Positions 47,416 through 57,879 of a stretch of 64,000 nucleotides of DNA are shown here, one piece after another. The position numbers and the translations under genes are program-made. The DNA comes from Burkholderiales bacterium (GTDB lineage: Bacteria; Pseudomonadota; Gammaproteobacteria; Burkholderiales; Burkholderiaceae_C), in contig JBBRMH010000001.1 in NCBI GenBank assembly GCA_038230935.1, positions 2,116 to 66,115 of the forward strand, read 5' to 3'. Below the pieces are notes generated by a model that worked only from the letters and a program-made list of their open reading frames with translations, was not told the origin of the DNA and did no database searches. Each line of letters starts with the position of its first letter. The first letter of the stretch is position 1.

Positions 47416-48459
47416 ATGAAGTCAAACTCTAAAGCTGCCGCAACAGTAATTCTGAGCCTTGCAGCCGTATCTTTTTCCACACTGGCTGCAGCGCAGGATG
47501 TGACCGGAGCTGGTGCAAGTTTTCCGGCACCGCTGTATTCCAAATGGGCAGCAGACTACAACAAAGCCACTGGCGCGAAAATCAACTACCAGTCTGTCGG
47601 TTCCGGTGCCGGCATTCGCCAGATTGACGCGAAAACGGTCGATTTCGGTGCCTCGGACATGCCTTTGAAGGATGATGAACTGGCCAAAAAAGGCCTGGTT
47701 CAGTTTCCTACCGTGATTGGTGGTGTGGTTCCCGTCGTGAACATCAAGGGCATTGCACCCGGTCAGCTCAAACTCAACGGTCAGGTTTTGGGTGATATCT
47801 ATCTTGGCAAAATCACCAAGTGGACTGACCCGGCCATCAAGGCACTCAACCCGACACTGCCTTTGCCCGATGCTGCGATTGCACCCGTTCGCCGCGCTGA
47901 TGGTTCCGGCACCAGCTTCATCTTTACCAATTATTTGAGCAAGGTCAACCCGGAGTGGAAATCCAAGGTAGGCGAGGGTACTGCAGTCAACTGGCCAGTG
48001 GGCGCAGGCGGCAAAGGCAATGAGGGTGTGGCCGCTTTTGTTGGCCGCCTTCCCAACTCGATTGGTTATGTCGAATATGCTTATGTCAAGCAAAACAAGA
48101 TGACGTTTACCCAGATGAGCAACACCACAGGCACCTTTGTCTCGCCAGGTGATGTTGCATTCAAGGCCGCTGCCGCAGGTGCAGACTGGGGCAAAAGCTT
48201 CTACCAGATTTTGACCAACGAGCCAGACAAAGACGCCTGGCCCATCACTGGCGCAACGTTTATCCTCATGCACAAGGCACAGGACAAGCCTGCCCAGGCA
48301 GCAGCTTCACTGAAGTTTTTTGAATGGGCTTATAAAAACGGCGACAAAACTGCGGACGATCTGGACTATGTTCCAATGCCTGTCAACGTCAAAGGCATCA
48401 TCGAAAAATCGTGGGGCGATATCAAGGACACATCGGGTAAATCTGTTGCCTTTAAATAA
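47416..48459 (+). CDS. pstS: Phosphate ABC transporter substrate-binding protein PstS
   Basis: A signal peptide is followed by [15 protein letters not shown]...[10 protein letters not shown]...GASD. Confidence 0.95.
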   Translation: MKSNSKAAATVILSLAAVSFSTLAAAQDVTGAGASFPAPLYSKWAADYNKATGAKINYQSVGSGAGIRQIDAKTVDFGASDMPLKDDELAKKGLVQFPTVIGGVVPVVNIKGIAPGQLKLNGQVLGDIYLGKITKWTDPAIKALNPTLPLPDAAIAPVRRADGSGTSFIFTNYLSKVNPEWKSKVGEGTAVNWPVGAGGKGNEGVAAFVGRLPNSIGYVEYAYVKQNKMTFTQMSNTTGTFVSPGDVAFKAAAAGADWGKSFYQILTNEPDKDAWPITGATFILMHKAQDKPAQAAASLKFFEWAYKNGDKTADDLDYVPMPVNVKGIIEKSWGDIKDTSGKSVAFK

Positions 48460-48500
48460 AACAGCCCTGTGTTGTTTACTTGAATAGCAAGAGGTTACAA

Positions 48501-49532
48501 GTGTCTTCAACACTGCCCGCAAATGGCGCTGCCTTTGACTCTGTGTCTGAATCAGCCAGTCGAAATATGATCAATCCTCCTCCGGGTCATGCTGTTCGCA
48601 GAGGCCCCCTTGCAGACAAGGTGTTCGGCTGGCTGGCGCAAGGGGCCGCCTGGCTCACACTGCTGCTTTTGTTTGGTATTTTGCTGTCCCTGGTATTGGG
48701 TGCATGGCCGGCTATCAGCAAGTACGGGTTGGGGTTTCTGACCAGCACCACATGGGACCCGGTCAAGGATGAGTATGGTGGACTGGTGATGATTTATGGC
48801 ACGCTGGCCACATCGCTGATTGCCTTGATCATTGCTGTTCCGGTCAGTTTTGGTATTGCGCTCTTTCTGACTGAACTCTCGCCCGCCTGGTTGAAAAGAC
48901 CGTTGGGTACAGCTATTGAGTTGTTGGCGGCAGTACCCTCGATTGTGTACGGCATGTGGGGCTTGCTGGTGTTCGGTCCGGTGCTGGCGACTTACGTCCA
49001 GCAGCCTTTGCAAAAAGCATTTGGCGAAACGCCTTACCTCGGTACCCTGTTTTCAGGTCCTCCGGTAGGTATCGGCATTTTGTCGGCAGGCATTATTCTG
49101 GCGATCATGATCATTCCGTTCATTGCCTCGGTGATGCGTGATGTGTTTGATGTCACACCGGTGCTGCTCAAAGAGTCAGCTTATGCACTTGGCTCGACCA
49201 CCTGGGAAGTGGTTTACAAGGTTGTCCTGCCTTACACAAAAGCAGGCGTGGTGGGTGGAATCATGCTGGGTCTTGGACGTGCCCTGGGTGAAACGATGGC
49301 CATCACGTTTGTCATTGGCAACTTCAACCAGCTCGATTCATTAAGCCTTTTTCAGGCAGCCAACAGCATCACCTCTGCGCTGGCCAATGAATTTGCTGAA
49401 GCGGCTCCGGGCTTGCATCAGGCGGCCCTGATTTACCTGGGTCTGGTTCTTTTCTTCATCACGTTTGTGGTGCTTGCGCTGTCAAAGTGGATGCTGGCAC
49501 AGCTCAGCAAGAGCGAAGGAGTCAAAACATGA
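48501..49532 (+). CDS. pstC: Phosphate ABC transporter permease PstC
   Basis: Multi-TM protein with the conserved [17 protein letters not shown] motif. The GTG at 48501 is preceded by AAGAGG. The raw ORF begins at TTG 48480. Confidence 0.9.
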   Translation: MSSTLPANGAAFDSVSESASRNMINPPPGHAVRRGPLADKVFGWLAQGAAWLTLLLLFGILLSLVLGAWPAISKYGLGFLTSTTWDPVKDEYGGLVMIYGTLATSLIALIIAVPVSFGIALFLTELSPAWLKRPLGTAIELLAAVPSIVYGMWGLLVFGPVLATYVQQPLQKAFGETPYLGTLFSGPPVGIGILSAGIILAIMIIPFIASVMRDVFDVTPVLLKESAYALGSTTWEVVYKVVLPYTKAGVVGGIMLGLGRALGETMAITFVIGNFNQLDSLSLFQAANSITSALANEFAEAAPGLHQAALIYLGLVLFFITFVVLALSKWMLAQLSKSEGVKT

Positions 49533-50389
49533 GCGCCGCCATGATGAACGCACGACTGGCCAAATTTGCCCGGCGCAAGCTGGTCAACAAAGTTGCTCTG
49601 GTCTTGTCACTGGCCGCCATGCTGTTCGGGCTTTTCTGGTTGTTCTGGATTCTGTTCGAGACCATTCGGCTTGGCCTGGGCGGCATCAGTCTGAGTATCT
49701 TCACGCAAATGACGCCTGCACCTAACGATGAAGGCGGCCTGGCAAATGCAATTTATGGCTCGTTCTTCATGGTGGTGCTGGCAACTTTTGTAGGTACACC
49801 GATTGGCATCATGGCAGGCATCTATCTTGCAGAATACAACGTCAAAGGATGGCTGGCGACGATCACCCGGTTTGTGAACGATATCTTGCTGTCTGCGCCG
49901 TCGATTGTCATCGGACTTTTTGTCTATGCGGTCGTGGTGTCACAGTTCAAGTCCTTTTCAGGCTGGGCTGGCGTCATGGCTCTGGCTTTGATCGTGATTC
50001 CGGTGGTGATCAGAACGACGGAGAACATGCTGCAGCTGGTCCCGGCTGCCTTGCGTGAAGCCGCTTATGCGCTGGGAGCACCGAAGTGGAAAGTGATCAC
50101 GTCCATCACACTCAAAGCCGCCAGGGCAGGCGTTGTAACAGGTGTTCTCCTCGCAGTGGCCCGGATTGCAGGCGAGACCGCACCGCTGCTTTTTACAGCA
50201 CTGAACAACCAGTTCTGGACAGCGGATTTGAGTCAACCCATGGCCAGCTTGCCAGTGACGATTTTCAAGTTTGCCATGAGTCCGTATGAGAACTGGCAGA
50301 AACTGGCCTGGGCTGGCGTGTTCCTGATCACGGTAGCGGTGCTGGGGCTGAATATTCTCGCGCGCGTTTTGACACGCAATAAAAACTGA
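49529..50389 (+). CDS. pstA: Phosphate ABC transporter permease PstA
   Basis: [17 protein letters not shown]... with [14 protein letters not shown]. It has an ATGA overlap with the pstC stop and is preceded by GAAGGAG. Confidence 0.92.
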   Translation: MSAAMMNARLAKFARRKLVNKVALVLSLAAMLFGLFWLFWILFETIRLGLGGISLSIFTQMTPAPNDEGGLANAIYGSFFMVVLATFVGTPIGIMAGIYLAEYNVKGWLATITRFVNDILLSAPSIVIGLFVYAVVVSQFKSFSGWAGVMALALIVIPVVIRTTENMLQLVPAALREAAYALGAPKWKVITSITLKAARAGVVTGVLLAVARIAGETAPLLFTALNNQFWTADLSQPMASLPVTIFKFAMSPYENWQKLAWAGVFLITVAVLGLNILARVLTRNKN

Positions 50390-50422
50390 TTTGAATCAGG
50401 TATTTTCATTGGAAAGTTACAA

Positions 50423-51202
50423 ATGCAGGCAACACTGAGTCAAGTATTGGCACCGAAAATTTCTGTCAAGAACCTCGATTTTTTCTATGGCAAATTTCAC
50501 GCATTGAAAAATATCAATCTGGACATCCCAGAGAAAAAAGTCACTGCTTTTATCGGCCCCTCGGGCTGTGGAAAATCAACCCTGCTACGGATTTTCAACC
50601 GCATGTACGCGCTCTACCCAGAGCAGCGGGCAGCAGGCACGGTCATGTTTGAAGGTGAAAATCTGTTGACATCCAAAAAAGATGTGGCCTTGATCCGCGC
50701 AAAAGTGGGCATGGTTTTCCAGAAACCCACGCCCTTTCCGATGTCGATTTATGACAATATTTCTTTCGGCGTGAAATTGTTTGAGAACCTCAGCCGGTCA
50801 GACATGGACGAACGTGTTGAATGGGCGTTGCGCAAAGCTGCATTGTGGGGTGAGGTCAAAGACAAGCTGAACCAGAGTGGCTCCAGCCTGTCGGGTGGCC
50901 AGCAGCAGCGCTTGTGCATTGCCCGTGGCATTGCCATCAAGCCCGAAGTGCTTCTACTGGACGAGCCGTGTTCGGCACTGGACCCGATCTCGACCGCAAA
51001 GGTCGAAGAGTTGATTACAGAGCTGAAGAACGATTACACCGTTGTCATCGTGACTCACAACATGCAGCAAGCCGCGCGCTGCAGCGACTTCACGGCCTAC
51101 ATGTATCTGGGTGATCTGGTCGAGTTTGGGGTGACTGAAGATATCTTTTTCAAGCCCAAGCGCAAAGAGACCGAAGACTACATCACGGGCCGTTTCGGCT
51201 GA
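50423..51202 (+). CDS. pstB: Phosphate ABC transporter ATP-binding protein PstB
   Basis: [23 protein letters not shown] and [12 protein letters not shown]. Confidence 0.96.
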   Translation: MQATLSQVLAPKISVKNLDFFYGKFHALKNINLDIPEKKVTAFIGPSGCGKSTLLRIFNRMYALYPEQRAAGTVMFEGENLLTSKKDVALIRAKVGMVFQKPTPFPMSIYDNISFGVKLFENLSRSDMDERVEWALRKAALWGEVKDKLNQSGSSLSGGQQQRLCIARGIAIKPEVLLLDEPCSALDPISTAKVEELITELKNDYTVVIVTHNMQQAARCSDFTAYMYLGDLVEFGVTEDIFFKPKRKETEDYITGRFG

Positions 51203-51260
51203 TCCTTGACCACGCGAGGCAGCCTCTGAAAGCTGCCCTCAATTGATTTGAAAGAACAAC

Positions 51261-51962
51261 ATGCCCGATAAACACTTGTCCACACAGTTCGACAGCGAAC
51301 TCAATGGCGTGTCCTCACGCGTGATGGAGCTGGGCGGCCTGGTGGAGTCCCAGATTCGCCTGGCCATTTATGCACTGTCCCAGTTCAGTGTCGAAAGCGC
51401 CAGCCAGGTGATCGAGACTGAAGCCCGGGTCAACATGATGGAAGTCGATATTGACCGCGAGCTGTCCTCCATCATTGCGCGGCGTCAGCCAACTGCACGC
51501 GACCTGCGCTTGCTGATTGCCATTTCCAAGACCACCGCCAACCTTGAAAGAGCGGGAGACGAGGCCACAAAAATTGCCCGTATGGTCAAGTCCATCATTC
51601 AAAGTGGTTCGGCCCGTGCATTGCCTTCATCGGATTTGCGTGTGGCCGCAGAGCTTGCCAGCGGCTTGCTGCGCAAGGCGCTGGACGCCTTTGCCCGGCT
51701 GGATACGGTTGCGGCGGTGTCAATTCTGAAAGAAGACGACCCGATCGATCAGGAGTTTGACGGCTTTGTACGCAAGCTGATCACCTACCTGATGGAAGAC
51801 CCGCGCACCATCTCGCCCAGCCTGGACTTGCTGTTTGTGGCCAAGGCCATTGAGCGCGTGGGTGACCATGCCAAGAACATAGCCGAGTTCATTATTTATG
51901 TGGTCAAAGGTGCTGATGTACGGCACACATCCATGGACCAGGTTGAGTCTGCAGTCAAGTAA
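51261..51962 (+). CDS. phoU: Phosphate signalling complex protein PhoU
   Basis: 233 aa with duplicated PhoU repeats carrying the ERAGDEATKIA and ERVGDHAKNIAE motifs. Confidence 0.95.
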   Translation: MPDKHLSTQFDSELNGVSSRVMELGGLVESQIRLAIYALSQFSVESASQVIETEARVNMMEVDIDRELSSIIARRQPTARDLRLLIAISKTTANLERAGDEATKIARMVKSIIQSGSARALPSSDLRVAAELASGLLRKALDAFARLDTVAAVSILKEDDPIDQEFDGFVRKLITYLMEDPRTISPSLDLLFVAKAIERVGDHAKNIAEFIIYVVKGADVRHTSMDQVESAVK

Positions 51963-51970
51963 ATTTTTCA

Positions 51971-52693
51971 ATGAAACACCTCCCGCGTATTCTGGTGGTC
52001 GAAGACGAACCGGCCATTGCCGAGCTGATTGCTGTCAATTTGCGGCATGGCGGTTTTGAGCCTGTGGTGGCGCAAGACAGCGTGACCGCCCAGCGCGAGC
52101 TGGACGCCATTCTGCCCGATGCAATTTTGCTGGACTGGATGCTGCCTGGCCAAAGCGGCATTGCCCTGGCCCGGCACTGGCGAAAGCAGGCGCGCACAAA
52201 AAGCATTCCTATTTTGATGTTGACAGCGCGTGGCGACGAGCCAGACAAGATAGCCGGGCTGGACGCGGGTGCCGACGACTACATCACCAAGCCGTTTTCA
52301 ACGCAGGAGTTGCTGGCCCGTATTCGTGCAGTGCTTCGCAGGCGGGCGCCCGAATCTAGCAACGACTGTGTGACGATTGGTGCGCTGGTGCTTGACGCAG
52401 CCACCTACCGCATCAGCTACCAGATGCAGGAGCTCAAGCTGGGCCCCACAGAGTTCAAGCTGCTGCACTACCTGATGAAGCACGCCGAACGGGTTCACAG
52501 CCGCAGCACCCTGCTCGACAAGGTGTGGGGCGACCATGTGTTCATTGAAGAGCGCACGGTGGATGTGCATATCAAGCGGCTGCGTGAAGCGCTGGGTGCA
52601 GCCGGGGCCATGGTGGAGACGGTGCGCGGCGCAGGTTACCGGCTGACAGCGCTCAAAGCGTCGGGTGCATCACCGGCAGCTTCCGGCGCATGA
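51971..52693 (+). CDS. phoB: Phosphate regulon response regulator PhoB
   Basis: Receiver domain (ILVVEDEP...LLDWMLPG...MLTARG) plus an OmpR winged helix (TVDVHIKRLR...VRGAGYRL). Confidence 0.95.
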   Translation: MKHLPRILVVEDEPAIAELIAVNLRHGGFEPVVAQDSVTAQRELDAILPDAILLDWMLPGQSGIALARHWRKQARTKSIPILMLTARGDEPDKIAGLDAGADDYITKPFSTQELLARIRAVLRRRAPESSNDCVTIGALVLDAATYRISYQMQELKLGPTEFKLLHYLMKHAERVHSRSTLLDKVWGDHVFIEERTVDVHIKRLREALGAAGAMVETVRGAGYRLTALKASGASPAASGA

Positions 52694-54084
52694 TCAATCG
52701 CTGGCTGGTGTTTTTTACCTGCCTGTTTGCAGGGGGAGGGTTGGGCTGGTGGTCTGCCTCCCGCCACGGTACGGCGGCAGGTCTGCTGGCAGGCGCAGTG
52801 GTTTGGCTGGCCATGGACAGTTTTTATGTGTCAAGGCTGCTGCGCTGGCTGCGAAGCGAGCAAAACAGCGACTTGCCTTCAGCCACTTCCCAGCCCTTGC
52901 AGCGGATGCCAGGTGTTTGGGGTGAAACCGCTGACCGGGTTCGCAGGCTGCTGAAAGACCGTGACCACCAGTACAGGGAAAGTCAGGCCCGGCTTGACGA
53001 GTTTTTAGCGGCCATACAGGCTTCGCCCAGCGGTGTGGTGCTGCTCGATGCGCAGGGCCGAATCGAGTGGTGCAACCAGATGGCCAGCCAGCATTTCGGT
53101 TTTGACGCACAGCGTGACATGCTCCAGCACATCGCCAACCTGGTGCGGGAACCGGCTTTCAATGCCTACATGTCAGCCAGTGACTTCTCGCATGACGTGG
53201 TGATTCCGGGCAGTGCCAGCACACCAGCGCGGCCTGTCAAGCTGTCGGTCCATGTACATGCCTACGGTCAAAACCGCAAGCTGCTGCTGTCGCGTGACAT
53301 CACGGCTGTGGAGCTGGCCGAAGCCATGCGGCGGGACTTTGTGGCCAACGTGTCGCATGAAATCCGCACGCCACTGACGGTTTTGTCCGGTTTTATCGAG
53401 ACCCTGCAGACGCTGCCGCTCAAGCCGCCAGAACGCACCCGCTTTCTGGCGCTGATGGCGCAGCAGTCGCACCGCATGCAAACCCTGGTCAATGACCTGC
53501 TGACCTTGTCACGGCTGGAGGGCAGCCCTTTGCCCGGCAGCAATGAATGGATGACGACCCGCGCGCTGCTGGCGCAATGCGAACAGGATGCCCGTGGGCT
53601 GTCAGCCGCCCTGGCACCGCACGGACACCGCATTGAGTTTGACAACGGCCCTGCGTGCGAGTTGGCAGGTGTGCAAAACGAGGTGTACAGCGCCATGTCG
53701 AATCTGGTGACCAACGCCATACGCTACACCCTTGATAACGGTTCGGTACGCGTGAGCTGGAAGGTGTTGCAGGACGGGCGCGGAGAGTTCATGGTCAAAG
53801 ACAGTGGCCCAGGTATTGCACCCGAACATTTGCCGCGTCTGACCGAACGGTTCTACCGCATCGACCGCAGCCGTTCCCGTGAAACCGGCGGTACGGGCTT
53901 GGGGTTGGCGATTGTCAAGCATGTGGCACAGCGGCACGCTGCACAGTTGCACATTCAGAGCCAGCTGGGGCAGGGCTCGTGCTTTTCCATCCTCTTTCCG
54001 GCCACGCGTATCAGGCGACTTTCAAAGGCAGATTCACCAGCAAGCTTTGACGCACTGCCCGCCACAACAATGCCAGAAAACTGA
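52690..54084 (+). CDS. phoR: Phosphate regulon sensor histidine kinase PhoR
   Basis: Two N-terminal TM helices, a PAS region, the H-box FVANVSHEIRTPLT and the ATPase motifs N (NLVTNAIRYT) and G (DSGPGI, GGTGLGLAIV). Confidence 0.92.
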   Translation: MINRWLVFFTCLFAGGGLGWWSASRHGTAAGLLAGAVVWLAMDSFYVSRLLRWLRSEQNSDLPSATSQPLQRMPGVWGETADRVRRLLKDRDHQYRESQARLDEFLAAIQASPSGVVLLDAQGRIEWCNQMASQHFGFDAQRDMLQHIANLVREPAFNAYMSASDFSHDVVIPGSASTPARPVKLSVHVHAYGQNRKLLLSRDITAVELAEAMRRDFVANVSHEIRTPLTVLSGFIETLQTLPLKPPERTRFLALMAQQSHRMQTLVNDLLTLSRLEGSPLPGSNEWMTTRALLAQCEQDARGLSAALAPHGHRIEFDNGPACELAGVQNEVYSAMSNLVTNAIRYTLDNGSVRVSWKVLQDGRGEFMVKDSGPGIAPEHLPRLTERFYRIDRSRSRETGGTGLGLAIVKHVAQRHAAQLHIQSQLGQGSCFSILFPATRIRRLSKADSPASFDALPATTMPEN

Positions 54085-55375
54085 CAGCGACCAAACTGAT
54101 GGCCAGGGTGCTGGCGGCCCAGAAACTGCTGGCCGACTGGGTTGCAGCACGACCCGCGAGGCCAGCGTAAGTCAGCTGGTAGCCGCCGTACAAACCCAGG
54201 CCCCAGAGCAACACGCCGTACAGCAACAGCGGCATGAGGGTGATGCGGTAGCAGCGCAGCAAAAACGCGCACAGGGACTGCATGGCGTCGGCCATGTGAT
54301 AAAAAGCCACCCATGACAGCAGGGCAGCACCCATGGCGACGATGGCAGGGCTGGCCGAGTACAGACTGGCCAGCCACTGGTTTGCTATTGAAACCATAGC
54401 TGCCAGCGCAATAGATACAAGGGCTGTGAGCTTTATTCCTAAAATAACCACCTGTTTGGCATTGTCGGGCCGACCCGCACCCAGCCAGAACGACACCCGG
54501 GCACTGCAGGCAATGGCCATGGACAGCGGCATCATGTACAGCACCGCCGCAGCGCTGGCGGCGATCTGGTGACTCGCAGAAGCCACTGTGCCCAGCCGGG
54601 CGATAAACAGTGCCATCAGCGTGAACGACGTGACCTCCACCATGTACGCCAGCCCGCCTGGGATACCCAGCCGTGCAAAGTCGCTGATCTGGCCCCAATC
54701 GGGCCGCTCGATATGTCGCCAGATATGAAAAGGCTTGTACAAGGCTTGCGTGCGCAGCATCAGCACCGTCAGCCCCAGCAGCAGGTAATTGACCACCAGC
54801 GTGGCCCACGCACAGCCTACAGCGCCCAGCGGCTCGATACCGCCACCGCCTGCCACCAGCCAGACCGACAACGGGATTTTGACCATGAGCGCGCCTACCT
54901 GCAGCAGCGTGACCAGCAGCGGTTTGCCCAGGGACTGGTTGAAGGTGCTGTACACCCTGAACAGCAGCGACGGTGCGAACGCAAAGGCCAGCACCGTCAG
55001 ATAACGCTGCACTTCGCCCAGCATCAGTTCGGGCACCTGCGCCCAACGCAGCAGCGGGCCTGGAAACAGCAGGGCGGCCATGCCCACCACGGTAATCAGG
55101 GCGCACAGATACAGGCTTTGCCGCAGCGATTGCCCGGCCTCCTCATGCCTGCCTGCACCATGCATTTCAGCCCAGATCGGCAGCAGCGCCTGCACAATGC
55201 CGATCAGCCCGACATAAACGCTGATGTAAAGCGCCGAGCCGACCGACAAAGCTGCCAGCGCATTGTCACTGTAACGCCCGGCAATCACCGTATCAGCCAC
55301 GCCAAAAGCCATCACAGCGAGCTGGCCCACCAGCACACTGCCCGCGTGCTGGCTGATCACCTTGAATTCACTCAC
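54011..55375 (-). CDS. MATE-family multidrug/toxin efflux transporter
   Basis: 12-TM protein, NorM-like throughout. The GTG at 55375 (VSEFKVISQHAG...) is preferred because it gives about 455 aa and an 8-nt overlap with the upstream gene stop. The raw ORF extends to 55546. Confidence 0.85.
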   Translation of the reverse strand: MSEFKVISQHAGSVLVGQLAVMAFGVADTVIAGRYSDNALAALSVGSALYISVYVGLIGIVQALLPIWAEMHGAGRHEEAGQSLRQSLYLCALITVVGMAALLFPGPLLRWAQVPELMLGEVQRYLTVLAFAFAPSLLFRVYSTFNQSLGKPLLVTLLQVGALMVKIPLSVWLVAGGGGIEPLGAVGCAWATLVVNYLLLGLTVLMLRTQALYKPFHIWRHIERPDWGQISDFARLGIPGGLAYMVEVTSFTLMALFIARLGTVASASHQIAASAAAVLYMMPLSMAIACSARVSFWLGAGRPDNAKQVVILGIKLTALVSIALAAMVSIANQWLASLYSASPAIVAMGAALLSWVAFYHMADAMQSLCAFLLRCYRITLMPLLLYGVLLWGLGLYGGYQLTYAGLAGRAATQSASSFWAASTLAISLVAVSFLALLWRAVRQSLLVNLPLKVA

Positions 55376-57170
55376 CTGGCGGGGCCTGGGTATCGGACTG
55401 CCCGGGCGCTGTCGATGGCGCGTTCTGGCTGACCCGTTTGAACAGCAGGACGTTTTCATTTTTATCGGTCGGGCGGCTGACTTTGGCCTGAAAAGCCCAG
55501 TCTGGCAGATTGACCGCCTGGCCCAGCCGGTCTTGTGCGTTGGCATCTACAACCAGGTAGGCGCATACCGCACGAGGCTGTGCCTGGCGCAGCGCAAGCC
55601 GGCCGTGGTACTGCAGGCCGGCTGCATGCGCGCTGCTGATGCCGTAGATTTCAACGCACGATTTTTTATCCACCATGCTGGCAATTTGCCGCGACATCGG
55701 CGCGTAGCTGCGCGCGTAATCCAGCAGGGGCAGCCACAGCGTCATCAACAGCAGCCAGCACAGGGTCGCGCCTGCTGCAGGCAACACGAGTGACTTCCAG
55801 ACAGCCGCCCGGTGCGCACCCGCCCGCCAATGCACCAGGCCCGCCCAGGCCAGCGTGGCACAGGCTGCAGCCAGAAAAGCGACCCACGAAAAGCTCGGCT
55901 CAAAGCCCGGTGCCAGTCGCGCCACATTGGCCGCTGGCTGGCGCGGCACCCCGGTTTGCATGGCAATCCACACCACCCAGATGACGAGTGCGCAGCCGGT
56001 AAAGAAAAGCAGCGTGAACCAGTCCACCAGCGAGGCCACGCTGCGCTTGAGTGTGGGCAGGGCAAAGGCGGCCAGGGCGGCCAGGGCAGGCAGGCCCAGC
56101 AGCAGGCTGCGGTCAGATGCGGCCGTGCTCAAGGTAGCCGCCACGGCCATGGCGGCAAACCACAGCGGCAGAGCGACGTGGCGGCTGGCCAGTTGCCCGC
56201 GCCAGCGCCAGAGCGTCCACAGCGCCAGCGGCCACGCCGGCCAGGTGAACCAGAGCAGCAAACGCCCCAGCTTGCGCCAGCTGTCCCAGGCGGGCTGACC
56301 GTCTGCACCCGGCAAATGTATGCGCCAGCGCCACAGGTCCAGCCCATAGGCCAGCAGGCCAACCAGCACCGTGGTGACCATGATCAGCAAGGCCCATTGT
56401 TTGGATTGCTGTCGGCTACTGACCTGCGCTTCGCCGTAATGCGAGTTCTGGCGGGCTGTATTGCCCCAGCGCATGTGTGCCCACTCGACCCCCGCGCCGC
56501 CCAGTCCCAGCAGTACAGCCAGTGTGGGTGCGCCGCTCAGCGCCAGCCCTGCGAGACCGGTCAGTAGCACCAGTGTCGGCCCGATGATCTGGGTAGCCCG
56601 GCGGTACGGGCTGGCTGCCATGGCATAAAACACCAGCGCCGTGAACCCCAGCTGGGCCAGTGCCGGCGTGGTTTCATGCGAGAGCTGCGCCAGACCCAGG
56701 CAGGCGATCAGCGCCAGCACACCTGCATCGGCGATGGCACGCGCATAGTCCACCGGGCTGGCTTCTCCGCCAAAGGCAAACGCAACCGGCTGGGCTTGCG
56801 GGCTGCGAGCTAGGTAATAGACCGCATACCAGGTCGATACCAGGCTCAGCACCAGCAGCAACATAAAAGGCACACGCACCGCAAAAGCCGGGTCGAGAAA
56901 AGGCATGCCCTGAATAGCCAGCGCACCCAGCCAGTAAGGCACCAGTGCGTCGAACCCGGTGGCTTGCCCCAGCAGTTGGGGGGCCAGCCAGTTCGCTGCG
57001 CCGGAGGTGAGCTCGCGCATCACACCAAAGGCGGCGAGGTCTTCGTTTTTCCAGGGCGCACGGCCAAAAAACCCGGGCAACACATAAGCCAGGCAAAACA
57101 GCAGCAGGGCCAGCCTTGGCAGGCGGCGCACGGCAGACTGGGCAATGATGGCGGGTGAAGGCTTGTTCAA
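55368..57170 (-). CDS. Large polytopic membrane protein, GT-C/GT39 (ArnT/PMT-like) glycosyltransferase family
   Basis: 600 aa with more than 10 TM segments. An early periplasmic-loop acidic motif (APWKNEDLAAFG) and the overall topology resemble ArnT-like transferases. The family call is tentative. Confidence 0.55.
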   Translation of the reverse strand: MNKPSPAIIAQSAVRRLPRLALLLFCLAYVLPGFFGRAPWKNEDLAAFGVMRELTSGAANWLAPQLLGQATGFDALVPYWLGALAIQGMPFLDPAFAVRVPFMLLLVLSLVSTWYAVYYLARSPQAQPVAFAFGGEASPVDYARAIADAGVLALIACLGLAQLSHETTPALAQLGFTALVFYAMAASPYRRATQIIGPTLVLLTGLAGLALSGAPTLAVLLGLGGAGVEWAHMRWGNTARQNSHYGEAQVSSRQQSKQWALLIMVTTVLVGLLAYGLDLWRWRIHLPGADGQPAWDSWRKLGRLLLWFTWPAWPLALWTLWRWRGQLASRHVALPLWFAAMAVAATLSTAASDRSLLLGLPALAALAAFALPTLKRSVASLVDWFTLLFFTGCALVIWVVWIAMQTGVPRQPAANVARLAPGFEPSFSWVAFLAAACATLAWAGLVHWRAGAHRAAVWKSLVLPAAGATLCWLLLMTLWLPLLDYARSYAPMSRQIASMVDKKSCVEIYGISSAHAAGLQYHGRLALRQAQPRAVCAYLVVDANAQDRLGQAVNLPDWAFQAKVSRPTDKNENVLLFKRVSQNAPSTAPGQSDTQAPPGE

Positions 57171-57243
57171 GGCGGTGCGGCGTTCAGGTAGGCGGCGGGC
57201 GGGTTTTCAGTCAAGGCAGGCGCAGAAATCCACTGCGTCAGCC

Positions 57244-57282
57244 GAAAAAAAAGCAGCCTGAAATTCAGACTGCTTTTTGTGG
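57244..57282 (-). terminator. Rho-independent terminator after rpmE2 (bidirectional shape)
   Basis: On the minus strand: AGCAGTCTG-aattt-CAGGCTGCT followed by T8. The stem has one mismatch. Confidence 0.6.
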
Positions 57283-57338
57283 AAGGGTAAAAAGCGTGAC
57301 CGCCTGGTTTTACCCAATCCCGATAAAAATCGCTAGGC

Positions 57339-57626
57339 TTATTCAGCGGCAGAAGCTTCAGGCTCGGCTGTTTTTGCAGCAGTTTTGCCAAAACGGTTGC
57401 GAAAACGCTCGACGCGGCCACCCATGTTATCGACAGATTTCTGTGTGCCGGTATAGAACGGATGTGACTCGCTGGAGGTGTCCAGCTTGTACAAAGGCAA
57501 TTCGCGACCGTCGTCCATTTTCACCATTTCTTTGGTGTTCACGCAGGAGCGAGTGACGAACTTGAAGTTGTTGGACAAGTCCATAAAACAGACTTCGCGG
57601 TAGTTGGGGTGAATGCCGTCTTTCAT
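57339..57626 (-). CDS. rpmE2: 50S ribosomal protein L31 type B
   Basis: MKDGIHPNYREVCFMD...HPFYTGTQK with no CxxC zinc-ribbon pairs and a C-terminal extension, as in type B paralogs. Confidence 0.92.
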   Translation of the reverse strand: MKDGIHPNYREVCFMDLSNNFKFVTRSCVNTKEMVKMDDGRELPLYKLDTSSESHPFYTGTQKSVDNMGGRVERFRNRFGKTAAKTAEPEASAAE

Positions 57627-57781
57627 TTCTCAATCCTTGTTTGGCGCTTGCACATGGCTTGCACATCGCTTGCATGTGGCTTGCGCGTCGTTTCGGCAGC
57701 CACTCAAAACCGTTCTGAGCACTTTCCGTGAAGCCTTGGAGTATAGCCCGGTTTCAGGGCAGCCAAGGCGGGGGCCTTCAA

Positions 57782-57862
57782 CGCAGAGGCGCAGAGTCTC
57801 GCAGAGGGCCGCAGAGTAAAAATAATTACTTGTCTTCTCTGCGAAGCTCTGCGTTCTCTGCG
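57782..57862. repeat. REP-like palindromic element (GCAGAG units / AT-rich loop / CTCTGC units)
   Basis: CGCAGAGGCGCAGAGtctCGCAGAGggccGCAGAG-taaaaataattacttgtctt-CTCTGCgaagCTCTGCgttCTCTGCG. It belongs to the same family as 165-292 and lies just downstream of the rho stop. Confidence 0.7.
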
Positions 57863-57879
57863 TTGAAACGCCCCGAGTC

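Noticed and set aside
57339-57626. L31 type B as evidence of a Zur-regulated zinc-sparing paralog.
   Set aside because: I saw no Zur-box-like palindrome upstream. I also recall trxA-rho-rpmE2 as a recurrent arrangement in Burkholderiales, though I did not verify this here. Nothing unusual can be supported from this window.
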